From: Lama glama
Taxonomy: Eukaryota
Assembly: GCA_028534125.1 (NCBI GenBank)
Contig: CM052816.1
Location: forward strand, 68,078,001-68,142,000
DNA: 64,000 nucleotides
Reading direction: 5' to 3'
The notes under the pieces were generated by a model. It did not search any database. It saw nothing but the letters and a program-made list of their open reading frames with translations, and was not told where the DNA came from. Every line of letters begins with the position of its first letter. Position 1 is the stretch's first letter. Below, piece by piece: positions 36,381 through 50,301 of the stretch. Position numbers and translations under genes: made by a program.

Positions 36381-39354
36381 AGGAATTTATATAAAAAAGT
36401 AAAGTCAACAGTCTAATTCTACTAGAAAATATTTCTTCCTCTACAAAATTACCTCTTTCTATGCTTTAATTGGTATCTTTAATTCTACAATTAAAAATAT
36501 ATTACCTTGGGTTAAGACATTAATTACCATTGAAAAGTAAAACAGAGCTAGTATATTTAACCAGTATACAATATAATTAATACAGCATATTTTCTGTCAA
36601 CTGAAGAACAGATTAATTTATCTCAGTGAACTCTTTGAATTAATGAAACTCAGAATTAATTTGCCAGATCCTTTCCTGAAATCAGGCTTTGAAGGGAGTA
36701 GAGTGATCTTTAGGACAGTGAATGCCAAGGAACTTCCAGCAATAGGCAGTGAGAATATCCAAGATCATCTTTACTAACTAATAGTATTTTTCCAGCAGTG
36801 CTTATTATGAGTACTGCACCCCTCCCCCCATTTAGAAAGTTGACTCTAAAAATTCTCTGAAGTTGTGTTTGCATTTTTAGAACCATTATATTCTCAAATC
36901 CTCCCAAATAGCAGAAGTATTCCCACCTAAGAAACACTTTAGATACCCTTAGCATCACTCAGTGCCTACCGTTTTCTGTACTTCGGGACACTGACATACA
37001 TTCAGCAAACACCCAAGGATAGTAAGACACTTCTGTAGTCCTGACTAGAATGGGAAGACAGTGGGAGAGACAACTCATTAACAATGTGTTGCTGTCCTTA
37101 TGGCCTCAATATCTAGTCCTCTCTGAAAATTATCACTCATGACTCTTTAAATGTTTGTTTTGTTTTATTTGTTTTGCTTTGAAAGTGCATTTTTAAGTTA
37201 GAGTATTTGTGGCTTAAAGAAAAATGCAAATGTTTTCCTAGGATCCATTAATAATAAGCAAACAAATGTGATTTTAAGAAATTTATTTTGAGATTTAATT
37301 GTATACAGACTTACATATAAATTCAATTTCATGATGAGTTATTGTTCTGTGTGCATTTTCTGTGAAAAGTTTTGGAAAGACCAGAAGAATTTGCCTTGTC
37401 TACTGACTAGACCCACCCCTCTCTGAGAGGAAGACACGGCCTCAAATTCTTCATGTTTGATGCCATGGGGACTGTGTACAGGGGATATCCAGGAGCCTTT
37501 TTGCTAAGTTTCCTGGCTTAGAACTCATTTGACAAACTTCATTCCCATTTATGGAAAGAATTTGCAACCATGCTGGATTTTTTATTTTTGCAAATGTCAA
37601 AAATTACAGAATTGAGAAGGAAGAGAGTATTTGATAAAAAAAAAAAACAAATAAAAACTAGGATACAAGTGACTGCATAACCAGAACCATCCACTAAAAC
37701 AACTTGTCACAGCTTTAATGGAAGCCAACATTAGGAGAACCAAGGGCCACACAGTTTCCCATCCAGACTTCCCTTCCAGCAAAGGGACCTTTGTCCCTGA
37801 AGATTGCAGGCTCATGGATTCCAAAAAGAGCAAGACTCAGCAAATCTAGCGGGCAAATAGTGAAATGCCTTAGTGATTTCTGAAAGTTGATTTTGTGTTA
37901 CTGTAATACCCTGAATAACCAGATGTCACCTGGTTAAGGGTGATCCTAGAGAGAAGACTTAAAAGTATTTTTTAACTTATGTCATGAGATACATTTTAAC
38001 TTTATTTGTAAATTTAGGTGATATACCTAATAACCTAATAAGAATCTTATTCTTCCTTTTTTCATGAAGCCAGGATATTTTTTAATTGTTCTTTAGGCTG
38101 TAATGTAATGATCTGGGGAGAAATCTTCCCAACATGAATGACCAAGGTATGCATGCCACTTTTTTTTCAGCTTCCATCAGATTCAGTTTGTAATCTCAGC
38201 TGTACATTGGTCCTGTTGTTATTCAGAATGTCTTTATACCAGAAATGAACTAAGATACCAGGCTGATTTGGGGGAAAAATAATTTTATCCCTGACGAAGA
38301 ACTTGCAAAATCCTCCATGCCTTTTTTATAACCAGAATCATTCATTTACAACAAATATATAGTGTACTGAACAATTACTTCCGGAGATGTATGTTTTTCT
38401 TAACATATAAAGATGACAGTTATTGGTTCATCATCAAGATCTAAATTTTTTTCCAGCCTTGATGGTAAACTCACCTGAGGCTATTTTCAAGATGGCTGCC
38501 TGTTGAGGCCATGAAAAGAGAAACTGAGTGACCCACACAACTACCAATCCCATGCTTGACCCTTGACTCATCGTGGTCCAGCCAGATGGGTTTTCATAGA
38601 GAAAAAAGAAAAAAAAACTTTTATACAGTGCCTTTAACTGTGGTTTATCAGTAGAGATTAAATTATGGAACCACTAAGCTACATCACCAAATTAGGCAAA
38701 GCCCTTGCAATGAACTTTCTCTCTGATTCAGCAGTACTGAATTTCATTTTGCTTTTTCCAATTAAAAAAAAAATTCTCAACCAAAAGGAGAGTGAGGGGG
38801 AAATCAACCACTGAATCTTTCTAATATCTGGACAACTTCAAATAACTTTTCAGATTACAACATATATGTATATAGCTGCCTTGATTTCTGTTTAAGTGGG
38901 TATATGTATGTGTTAAAGCCCCAGGACTCAGAATTGGAGATAACAGGAGGGAAAGCATTTCTTTCAGGGGTAGACAACAAGGCCCTCTCTGCTTGTCCTG
39001 TATGGAGGTCTGGTTCCTGGCACTTCCTTCAACTATGACAAATAGCAGTGGCCAGGGACTTGATTCAGCTTCATAGCTTTTATGTTTCTTGTGCTGAAAA
39101 TCTGTTTCTTTTGCCCATCTTCCTTCACTCTGGTTTGAATTCTTATGTCGCAGCCTGACAGTATAGCAGGAAGAATAAAAAGAGTTAACACTTTAGTAGC
39201 TCTGTTGCCTAACTAGGCTTTGCAGAAACTGGACTGGTGACATGTTCTCTAGACATCACCCATAAGACAAAATTGTCTCTCCATGAATGGTCACTTGTAA
39301 AGATTGGATTTGCCTACCATTAGCCAAATGATGCATGGAGTTTTTGTGTGACTT

Positions 39355-40357
39355 TCTTTTTTTTAAGGTAGAATTCATATACATAAAATTTACTATTTTA
39401 ATCATCTGAAAGTATACAGTTTGTGACCTTTAGTATATTCATAACATTGTACAACCATCCACTGTCTAGTTCCAGAACATTTTCATCCCTCCACAAGGAA
39501 ACCTCAAGCCCCTTAACAGGCACTCCCCATTCCCCCTTCACCCCAGGCTGTGTAACCGCTAATCCTAATCCGCTTTCTGTCTTTGTGGACTTGCCTATTC
39601 TAGATATTTCACCCAAATGAAGTCATACAATGTGTGACCTTTGTGTCTGGCTATTTTCACTTACCATAATGTTTTTAAGGTACATCCATGATGTAACATG
39701 TATTGGTACTTCATTGTCTTTATGGCTGTATAATATTGTACTTTATGGATATGCCACATTTTATCTATCCCTTCTTCAGTTGATGGACATTTGGGCTATT
39801 TAGACTTTTTGGCTATTGTGAATAGTGCTGCTATGCACATACATGTACAAGTTTTTGTTTGAACATCTGTTTTCAATTATTTTGTGTATATACCTAGGAG
39901 TAGAATTGCTGAGTCACATGATACTTCTATGCTAACTTTCTGAGGAACCTCCAAACTGTTTTCTGTAGCAGCTGCACTCTTCTATAGCCTTACCAGCAAC
40001 GCCTTCTAATTTCTCTATACTCTCACCAACACTTTGTTAATTTCTATTTTTTAAATTATAGCCATTCTAATCATGGTGAAGTGTTATCTTATTGTGCTTC
40101 TGATTTGAATTCCCCTAATGATTAACAATGTTAAGCATTTTTTTTTCAGTGCTTATTGACCATTTGCATATTCAGTCTTCTTTGGGGCAATGTCTATTCA
40201 AGTCATTTGCCCATTGTTTAATTGAGTTTTTGTTCTTTTGTTGTTGAATTATAAGAGTTCTATTCCAGATACTGCGTCCTTATCAGATACATGATTTACA
40301 AATGTTTTTTCCCATTCTGTGGATTGTCTTTTTACTTTCTTGACAGTGTCCACTGAT
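39355..40357 (-). mobile_element. L1MB-type element, ORF2 end plus 3' UTR
   Basis: catatacataaaatttactattttaa...gatggacatttgggcta...atacctaggagtagaattgctgagtcacatg...ttttcccattctgtggattgtc. Confidence 0.93.
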
Positions 40358-42645
40358 ACTTCTATGTGGCTTCCACAGAGCTGACCCTATGTGAAATCTG
40401 AAGTAGTGTCATTAGTCAGACTTCTGGCGCCTTCATTTCTCTTATGCTATACTCTCCAAGGGCCAAAAAAAAAAAAAGCTTTCTGATAAATTCATTCACA
40501 CTGGCGTTTAAATGACTGATGAGACTTAATGACTTATCTTCCTACCAAAAGTATCAGCACCTCGGTAGGTAAAAGGAACAAAGGAATTCATAAAATTTCA
40601 AGCACAAACAAGGACAGTGGATTGGGAGCATGGAGTGCCTTTCTGATGCTCCAGAGATCATACTAACGAACATCACCAATTCTACTTAAAATAAAGATTC
40701 TAGTCCTGAGTATAATGTTTTACAAAAGTCAGTGATGCCCTCTGTGAAACTTTCTACAAAGCCTCTGGGGCCTTTTCTGGGCAGACACCATGCCAAGCTC
40801 ATTAGTAATTAAATCTCAACATGTTCTACTCTTAAACAGCCTGTCATTCAGATGCTTTTGGGGAAAAAAGGACCATTTTCTTAAAACTTACCTGTAGGAC
40901 TCCTAAGATCACCCCAGTGCTCTTGTCTGTATATTAGCCCTATATGTCTTCAAAGCATCATGAACTCCACTGAACATAATTGCATGTCCTTACTCAGTAT
41001 TCCTGAATCAGGTTGTCCTGGGTTTGAAATGAAACCATGGTCTCTTAGCCTTCCACGCCTGCAGGGGCACCCATTTGGGTCTTTTCTGCCATTCCTTGGA
41101 CACGATTCTTTATTTTAGCATCATGGATGCTGATGACAGCTCTAACGATTCTGCTTGAAGACAGAACCTAAATTACCCTAATCAGCCCACCCTGAGGCTG
41201 GCAGGTATGCAGTGCTGTCACAGCGTGTTGGTGATATACAATCTGCCATGAATAGAGTTCTTTTTCAGCTGCTCTGGCAGGGCCACCTGCCGTCTGTGCC
41301 CCACTTCCTGCCAGGAAGCTCTGTGACCTTCAGCAGCCAAAGCCGAGTGATTAGAAAACTGGTAGCATTTGTGCCAGGAGCTCAGTCCCTGTGGGTTTTG
41401 TTTGCAGCAACAGAAAATCAGGAAGCTCCAGAAAAGAATTGCAAAGAAGTGTTCTTATTATCCAAAGACACAGGGAAGGGATTCTGCCTATAAGAAGGTA
41501 GTGAAAAAAACCTCGTGGTGAATTTTTCTTTTCCCAGACCTGCATGAGTAGGATTTGGCCAATAAACTTCTCAAAATAAATAAACACTTTTGAGCTGTTT
41601 ACCCATGTAAGTAATAAAAGAGGTGACAAAAGCATCTAATGAGAAATCTAAAAGTTAAAAACAAGACCAGATTAGCAATGAATAATTGGAAATTGAAAAA
41701 TTTTAAATATCATTAAATGGTTTTAAAATACTATTAAAGAATAGAATGATAGGGATAAATCTTACAAAGTGTAAGACCTGTGCAATAAAAACTACAAAAC
41801 ATTGCTGAGAGAAATTAAGATCAAAAGAAATGGAAAGATTTTTCATATTCACGCATCAGATGATTCAATAATGTTAAGATGTCAATTCTCCCTAAAATGA
41901 TCTACAGATTCAACATAATTCTAATCAGAATTCTAGTAGACTTGTTACAGAAATTGATAAGTTGATTCTAAAATTCATGTAAATGCAAAGGACCTAGAAC
42001 AAACAAACCAACTTTGTAAAAGAACAAAGTTGGAAGACTAATGCTAAATGATTTCGAGATTTACAAGGCTACAGTATGAAGATATTGCAGCAACAGTGTA
42101 AAGATAAACCAATTGGACAGAATAAAGAATCCAGAAATAGACCCATTCACATATGGACAACTGACTTTTAACAAAGATACAAAGACAATTCAGTGGAGAA
42201 AGGGCAATTCTTACAACAAAAAAGTGCTGGATTAATTAGATAGCCACATGAAAAAATACGAACTTTGATCCACATTTTGTACAATATACAAAAAAGTTAA
42301 TTCAAATGGATCATAGAATTAAAGGTAAAACCTCCACAAGTACAAAACTTCTAGAGGAAAACACAGGAAAAATATTTGTGACCTTGGATTAGGCAAAGAT
42401 TTCTTAGATATGACATCAAAGATATGGTCAATAAAGAAAACACTGATAACTTAAACTTCATAAAAATTAAAACTTGTACTCTTTAAAGAAACAAAAGAAA
42501 ATGAACAGACAAACCACAAACTGGAAGGAAATATTTAAAATCATATATCTAATAAAGGATTTGTATCAAAAACATAAAGAACTCTCAAACTCAATAATAT
42601 AAACATATACAACATAATTTCAAAAATGCACAGAAGACTTGAATA

Positions 42646-42838
42646 GATGGTAAAGTCCAAAATGTTGAAAAAGACAAGTGTCATAGTCACGTCAAGAAAA
42701 AACACACCCATATTCAGCGCTTTAGTATAGTACCATTGTTTAGAAGAGCTGCAGCAAGAAGAGTAACAACAAGCAGCTCTGACTTTGGGAGACTTTCCAC
42801 CCCATCCATTGTTTCCCCTAAAGGCCCTCAATATTTCC
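42646..42838 (+). repeat. Diverged copy of 44838-45024 inserted in L1
   Basis: Colinear shared blocks aagtccaaaat, aacacaccca, tagtaccattgt, agctgcagc, agtaacaaca, gcagctctgactttgggag, tttccacccca, cctaaag. Confidence 0.9.
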
Positions 42839-43079
42839 AAAGAAGATACAAAGATAGCATTAAGCACATGGAAAGCGCTCAACATTATTAGTCATTAGGA
42901 AAGTGCAAATTAAAGCCACAGTGAGCTATCACTCCACATCTATAAGAACAGCTGAAATTAATTAGACTGCCATACCAGATATTGATGAGGATGTAGATGA
43001 ACTGAAACTTTCATACCCTACTGGTCATAATATAATTAGGTATAACCACTTTAGGCAATAGTTTGGCAGGTTCTTTAAG

Positions 43080-43597
43080 AGCTTGCACACCCACGAGAGA
43101 GAGATACTTGCACACCCATGTTCATAGAAGCACTGTTCATACTAGCCAAAAGGTAGAAGCAACCCAAATATCCGTGGGTAGGTGAACAGACAAACAAAGT
43201 GTGGTATATACATACAATGGAATATTTAGCCTTAAAAAGGAAGGAAAATTCTGTCACATACTAAAAGATGAATGAAACTTGAGGACGTAATGCTACGTGA
43301 AATAAGCCAGTCACAGAAAGATAAATACTATGTGATTTCACTAATATGAAGTATCTAAAGTAGTCAAATTCATAGAAACAGAAAATAGAATGATGGTTAT
43401 CAAGAGCTGTGGGGAGGGGAAAGGGAGTTGTTGCTTAATGGATATACAGTGTCAGATTGGCAAGATGAAAAATTCTGAAGAAATGTTTTATATCAATGTA
43501 AATATACTTAATGCTACTGAACTGTACACTTAAAAATGGTTAAGATGGTAGATTTCATGTTGTATATTTTTACCACGGTAAGAAAAATGCAAAAAAA
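43080..43597 (+). mobile_element. L1MA/L1MB-type 3' end nested in the older L1
   Basis: ttgcacacccatgttcatagaagcactgttcat...tgaaataagccagtcacagaaag...gaactgtacacttaaaaatggttaagatggt, plus an A-rich tail. Confidence 0.9.
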
Positions 43598-43772
43598 AGT
43601 TAAACATATACTTACTATATGATAAGGTATTTATGATAAATGAGAGCACATGTCCATACAGACTTGTATATAGATGTTCATAGTAGCCTTATTTGTAATA
43701 GCCAGAAACCAGAAACAACCCAAATGTCCATGAACAGATGGATGGATAAACAAATTGTTGTATAAATATAAT

Positions 43773-43925
43773 GGTTTATTTCTGGATTCTCAGTTCTGTT
43801 CCATTGATTTGTAAGTCTGTCCTTATGCCAGTACTACAATGTCTTGATTACTGTAGCCTTGAAGTAAATTGTTATGTTGGGAAATGTGAGTCCTCCAACT
43901 TTGCTCTTCTTTTTCAAGATTGCTA
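43773..43925 (-). mobile_element. Antisense L1 ORF2 fragment
   Basis: ggtttatttctggattctcagttctgttccattgat...gtcttgattactgtagc...gtgagtcctccaactttgctcttctttttcaagattg. Confidence 0.85.
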
Positions 43926-46094
43926 CCTATTCTGGTATTGCTTTCAATCTATGTTTCAATATTATCACCAAAGATAGAAATCCAGTAGTCTTTCCCAGAA
44001 ACTTCTCTAAATAAACATGTCCTTTCACATTTGATCATTTTACTAATACAACCATTTTCTTTTTACTTTGTCGCTAACTCTTGGTTAATCCCTTTCATGG
44101 ACTTAAAGAACTTCTCTAAATTGACTTTCAGCTTTATTCTTTGACATATTATCTCAGGTACTTTCATATTTCATTAAAAACCTAACCCTTCACTGTTAGT
44201 TCTTTTCGGGTTTCCCTTGGAATCTGCTGTAATAGGTCAGAAGAGATGTTAGTGTGTGGTTCTGAAGCCTACTACGAGCATTTCTCCTTCATTGCTGAGT
44301 TGCTTTGATTTGAGACCTTTGAAGATGAGGATAATGTGGGAAGAGCTATAGCAAATCCAGCTCAGATTGTTTCATGTTATTAAAGAGCATCCTGAGAATG
44401 CCACACTTCTGTGTGCTGATCCTGGCCTTGCACAGGATTTGTCTTCCCAAAGAAGCTTCTTGACAATTTGGGATCTTGAAAGTCATTGGGCTGCAAAGGG
44501 GAATGATGAGACGAGAAGACCTGGACCTTTGGAGACACTGTATTAATAAATCCTTGACCTTTCCTCTTCCATGAGGCCACAGTGTGGGCAGAGATCCCAA
44601 GACACAGCAGGGTACCGGATCAGGAGGCTGGAGCAGTGGAGAGGCAGGCCCAGAGGGGAGGGCTGAAAGGAGCTGCAAGGACAGAAAATTAGCTCTTGTG
44701 AAGCAAGTCTCCTCCCCTGCCTCTGCTATGTTGGATTTCAACCCAAGCCACAAGGCAATTGTACAGAAATGGGAGGGCTTGTTGCTGGCTGGAGGTCACC
44801 CAAAATAGAAGATTCAAGGATACTAATATGCAGGAGCGATGATGAAGTCCAAAATATTTAAAAAGAGGGCCGTTATCGTCAGTGTCAGAAAAGAACACAC
44901 CCACACTAGGCCATTAGTACCATTGTCTGGAACAGCTGCAGCGGGAACAGTAACAACAGGCAGCTCTGACTTTGGGAGTGTTTCCACCCCACTTACTGTT
45001 TCACCTAAAGAGTCTCAACTTTCCCAGCCAGAATTGCTGGTATCCTTACTCTCAGCCTTCGAGGGGGAACTGCAGCCTGGGGCCATGGCTGACAGCTCCA
45101 CTTGGGAAAGGCTTACTCAGAGCCCTCTGGGGTTTCTTTCCCTGAAGCTGTTTGCCTACCAGACTTCTGTGGTTCCCCCCACAACCCCATCTGTTGACTC
45201 TGCTTTCCCTTAGGGGGCATGTCGTCTCTACACTGGGCCAGTTGGCCCTAAGTAAAACTCAGAAGCTCTTTCAAGTCAGTGCCTGTCCGGCTGCCCCATT
45301 GCTTCCCCCTTTTGAGGGCCTCAGTTTCCTCAGTGAAGAGGTTGCCTAAGTCAGTTGTGAAGTTCTTTGCACATGATGTGTCCCATGACATTCAGAACGT
45401 GTGTGGCTAGGCATCTAATGCCACCTACCACCTGGGTACTCCACAAGGCTTGCTTTACACTCTGAGCTTCTGACCAGCCCCGACTGTCCTTCAAAACATA
45501 TTCATCCTATGTTCAATTCCTTCAGGGTCTTACTCAGACCATTCCAGCTAGTATCTGTTTTCTTCATCCTGTGGAGCCTGTCAATGGGTTATCCAGACAA
45601 GAAGCAAATCAGGATATTAAAAAATATTGCATTTTTGAGAGTTATGTCTTTGAGAGCCGTGTACCTACATGATGATCACAGTGCTTCACTGAGTGGATAG
45701 CAATAATTTTCAAATACTCAGAAAAAGCCAGATAGATTTTAGTTGGGTATTTGTTACGGACTTTCAGAATACTGAACCTCAGTTATGACTTCTCAAACAG
45801 GGAAATTTTAACATGCACTAAGAATGCCAACCATACAAATACTCTCAAGACACAGAAAAGAGGTTGGAGTGGACTTGCCATTAGTGAAATGCAATGTCCT
45901 GCAATACTAGGTGCACTTCCAGCTCGCAGACTGAAATGGAGTATGGTCCCTAGTCATGCCACTTCCAAGAAATACCAGGTTTAAGAAATAAGCAGCAAAT
46001 GTAAGCTGAGAAGGGAATGAGGGTGAGGGATGAGGGAGGGAAAGCATATAATGTTCTTTACCTTTGTATTTTCATGCAAAAAAAGAACCTGCTA

Positions 46095-47115
46095 TTCCTC
46101 ATTTCATTAATCTAATTAAATATTTCTGAGAACTGTCTGAACACCAGACTCTTTTCTAAGCACTGGGGATATGGCAGCAAAAAAAAAAAAAAAAGTAAAA
46201 ATCCCTTCCCTCATTGATCAAATATTCTAACTGAGGGAAGTAGAAAATAAACACAACACATAAATAAAATATATAGTATGGTGGAAGTACTATGGAGGAA
46301 ATATAGCAGGAACAAGGGATAGGGAGTGTTGAGGACATTGCCATTCTAAGTAGGGTTGTCAGAGTAGGCCTGCACGAGAAGGTGACAGTTAAGTAAATCC
46401 CCAGGAGAGGTGATGAAGTGAGTTGTGTGGACATTTGAGATAAAGTATCCAGGCAGTGAAAACAGCAAGTGCAAAGGCCCTGAGGCAGAAGCATGACTAC
46501 ATTCAAGGATCAAAAAGGAGAGCAGTGTGGCTAGGTCAGGACATCAGGAATTAAGGGGGAGCCTGTCGTAGATGAGGACATAAAAATTATGAAGAACCAG
46601 TTTATGCAAAAAATAAAGTATAAAAGCTTTTGAAAGTGCTTTCTTTCTACAGATGAAAAAGGGGGCCTCTGAGGGTTTTCCTCCTGAGTGGAGGAATGAC
46701 ATGATCTGACTTACATGGAATAGAATCACTCTGGCTGCAAGGCTGAGAATTGACTGAAGAGGGCAGGAGCAGAAAGACTAATGGCAAGGCTGTTACAATA
46801 CTACATTTCAGAGGATGATAGGGACTTAGAGCAGGCTTAAGGCAATGAAGGTGGCCAGAAGTGTTTAGACGTGGAGCTGACCTTCATTACCATCAGCAGC
46901 TAGATTAGAGAGGAGAGAGAGAGAGAGAAAGAGGGAGAGAAAGAAGGAGAGAGAGTGTAAGTTAAGGATGGCTCCAAAGTCTGTAGTGTACGCAGCTGAG
47001 GTGGGGAAACCTCTGGTAGGAGCAGGTTTGGAAAGGGAGAAGATCAGAAGCTCAGTTTTGGACTCTAAATCTGAAACATCTTTTAAACTTCCAAGTGGAA
47101 AATTTCAGTTGACAA
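46095..47115 (-). mobile_element. L2a-type LINE, long 3' fragment
   Basis: aaatatttctgagaac...ctaagcactggggatatggcag...aacagcaagtgcaaaggccctgaggcaga...gagtggaggaatgacatgatctgactta...ttaaggatggctccaaag. Confidence 0.9.
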
Positions 47116-47621
47116 TTATATATGCCACTGCTTGCAAGGAATGAAAAAACTGTTAAAAATAGTCTTATGATGAGAGACTATATGTCAAAATTAGAGGTTG
47201 AATCAGATGTTTAAAAATATATATATTTCTCGATTTCTCCCTCAGTCACTTACTCATTGATTCATTCATTTATTCACTTAATATCCATGTGGCCCAATCT
47301 CTTCAATAGAGTCACTTTCAAACAAGCACAGGTTAGCAACCAAAACTAAGCTTAAGAATGAACCAGTCTGTACTTTTGATTAGAGAGGAGCTCCCAGAAG
47401 ATCCGTGCAGCACCTGCCACACACCCAACAACTTCTCTCTCTTGCTCCTAGGGAGGGGAACACACACCTGAAAAATGAATTCCGTCTCTCATACAGAGAT
47501 TTCCTGGTGAACAAAATTCCCCACTTTATTATATGGTGTAGTGATAAAGAGAGATGGTGAACCAATATTTACAAGTCGCTCAGAACTGCTGTGGAGATGT
47601 GCAGTGACCTAAGCTCTAAAA

Positions 47622-47776
47622 CAGAGCTTCTCAACACTGGCTACACTTTAACATCACCTGGAGATATTTTTTTTTAAAGTACGGATGTCCATACTCAGCC
47701 TAGGTTTAACTGATCCAGTAGTTTTCAGAAACGCCTCCAGGTAGTTCTAATATGCAGCTGGGGTTAAGAATGAGTG
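47622..47776. mobile_element. MER5A/B-like hAT MITE
   Basis: TIR-like ends cagagcttctcaa / ttaagaatgagtg; internal catcacctggag and ctccaggtagttctaatatgcagc. Confidence 0.75.
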
Positions 47777-49379
47777 TTCTAACCAAAACCTCTAACCTAG
47801 TCTGTTAGGCTGAGGAAATGGAGTAATTTTAAATTGAGATTGAAGAAATAGTGAACTAGATGAAGTGAGCAGTAGAAAGGTGGAATGAGGAAGTATTCCA
47901 GGCAGGAAGAATAACCATGAAAGACATGCTAACACAAGAAGCCCTGACTAATACAAGAAGCCAAGATCAGCCACCATGACCATTTCAGCTATTCTTTAGG
48001 ATGGAGTTTTATGCCCAAAAGGAGAACATTTACTTCCTGATTTTCCACAAAGCCAAAGGAAATGATCTAAAGGAAATGCATCATCAAATAGAGCTGGCAT
48101 CACCGTGGGAATGATTGGGTATGTAGATAACAAAAGGAGGAGGTCTTTTCACTTCCCTGGTAGGTGCAGATTCTGTTCGCAGTTTTTGCACATGAAACTA
48201 CTGTGTTTGGGACTAATTTATCCATACCTTAGGTGCCTTCAGAAAGACTACTAATGAATACCATTTCACCTGAAATTCATGAGTTTTCAGAGACAAAGCT
48301 AAGATCCTCTGAGGACAGGCTACTGGAACTACCACATCAAAATGTGTTCATCCTGAACAGTTATCCTAATTGGCGAGAACAAAGATAGAAAATGTCATGT
48401 AAACAAAAAAATACAGGATTTGACCCTCATGTTACTGAAAACCTACAAGAAAGAATGGCTTTATTGCACTTTTTCTCATCTTCTGAGGAGCAAGGATCAT
48501 ATCTCAGCAATCATTTTAACACTCCCAGCCTCAGAACAATGCTTTGTCCTCAGTATAATCATGTCTGGGGCCCAGTCTTATTGGTGCTCACATCTTTTCC
48601 CCCTAGTTCTAAGCGTTTTGTTTGTTTGTTTGTTTGTTTGTTTTTGTATCTTCAGCTTTTCTCCTTGTCTTCCAATTGCTATTGGTTTGGGAGAAATAAT
48701 GGAGTAGGGGCCAAACAGATTTTGTTTCTAAGCATAAAGACTTTATGGTCTTTCAAAAGGATTTTTTATATTCTCCTCTTTTGCTGATGGCAAACATGAT
48801 GCTTGCCAGGAAATATTTGTCTTCTCATATGCCTATGGTAGTCATGATGGAAAGAGAAATTAGCATGACCTTAAATCCTTGCACCATATTGTATCTTTAC
48901 TTCAAGTACACGTGGTATTGGGGGACAGGCGGGAAGAAGAGGGAAATTGTTAAAATAACATGAACTTGGGGTAAACTTTCCAATGTAAACATCTTTTGAG
49001 TTTTTTTACACTATAAATTATAAATTATTTGAAATAAATCACTCTGTTATAATAAGTTATTGCTTGACTAGGACAAAGAGAAGAGATTTATTTTCAGATT
49101 GAAGCAGAAATTTGGGGCCATAAACAAACCTTAGAAATATTCAATGTTCTTCAGAACACTGCTGATGCCACCTCTTTGAATTAGTGTAGTCAATACAATG
49201 TACATATTGAATTCATATAGTCAATATATTTTAAAGAAGCTCACCTTTTTATATACTCATATGTAAGCATTAACTTCTGATCAGTTGCCTTGGAGTAGGA
49301 AGGGGATATTGATAGAGTTACTTTCACAGGAAAATATTTGCAAAGTAACTTTGCTTTGGAAGTAGCAGAAAGAGAAATA

Positions 49380-50280
49380 GTCATTTTCTTATATTTTTTA
49401 AGTATTTGGATACCTATTATAAAACAGATACCGTGCTAGAGATTAAAAATAATAAATAAGACATGATTCCTGCCCTTGAATAGCTCTTATATAAGCTGGA
49501 TCTTAGAGGAAGAGTAGGAGCTAGCCAGAAGGAAGGGTGTTCCAGCTGGTAGATACATCATTTTCCTCTTTTTACTTTTTTTTTTTGAAATGTTATTTTC
49601 AATGGCACAGAAATGTGAAGAGCTCTAGAAAGTTCCAAGAGTGAAGAGCTCTTCAGAATAATTGGAGCAGATTCCAATAGGAAGAGATGATAATTGAGTC
49701 TTAGATGATGAATGCAGAGGTAGCAGAGTGTAGTTGTTGACAGCACAGAGTCTGGGTTGGGTTCAATCCCAGGTTCCTTTATTGACTAGCCACTTAGTAT
49801 CTACTCATTTTATTTCCTCAGCTTTAAAATAGGAATGACGATAATATCTCATGGGTACTAAGAACAGTGCCTGGCTGGTTTATCAAGCTAAGGCAGCAGG
49901 AGTTTATCCTGAGATGATGAAGACCAACGCTAAAATGGTGTCAGTGACAAGGAGAGGAGAGGTCAATTGGAAGAGACATTTCTTGGGTGTATCTGAAAAG
50001 CCTGTCAAGTGATTGGACTGGGTGAGTGAGGACGAGAACAGGAAGGAGGAGGTTAAGAATAGCAACTATGTTTCCAGCTTGAGAAACCCTAGATGGTAGA
50101 GCCTATGATCAAAATTAGAATATAGGAGGTAGAAGAGATCTCTTCTGGTCATGTTGTGTTTAAGATTCCCACAGGTAGAAGCCTCTGTTAGGCAATTAGT
50201 AATCAGAGTATGGAGTTTGGGAAATAACAAAAATAATGGATTTGATAGTTGTCAATCGTAGTTGAAGTCAAAGAGGAACT
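49380..50280 (-). mobile_element. L2 fragments interrupted by a + strand MIR (about 49720-49875)
   Basis: aataagacatgattcctgcccttga, tttccagcttgagaaaccctagatggtagagcc and tctggtcatgttgtgtttaagat are L2-like. gggttcaatcccaggttcc...aaaataggaatgacgataata is MIR-like. Confidence 0.6.
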
Positions 50281-50301
50281 TTAAAGTAAGAATGTGTAGA
50301 G

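Larger units (their letters stand above)
41700..43775 (+). mobile_element. Old L1 ORF2 (L1MC/L1MD-like) interrupted by two insertions
   Basis: aaaactacaaaacattgctgagagaaattaa...gttaagatgtcaattctccc...aaaacttctagaggaaaacacagg. Resumes at about 42835 and at about 43598 (aaagttaaacatatacttactatatga...aacaacccaaatgtccatgaacag). Confidence 0.9.

Noticed and set aside
44839..45213. 124-aa Ser/Thr-rich ORF over the duplicated donor segment
   Set aside because: No recognisable domain, and the sister copy at 42646 has indels and does not keep the frame.
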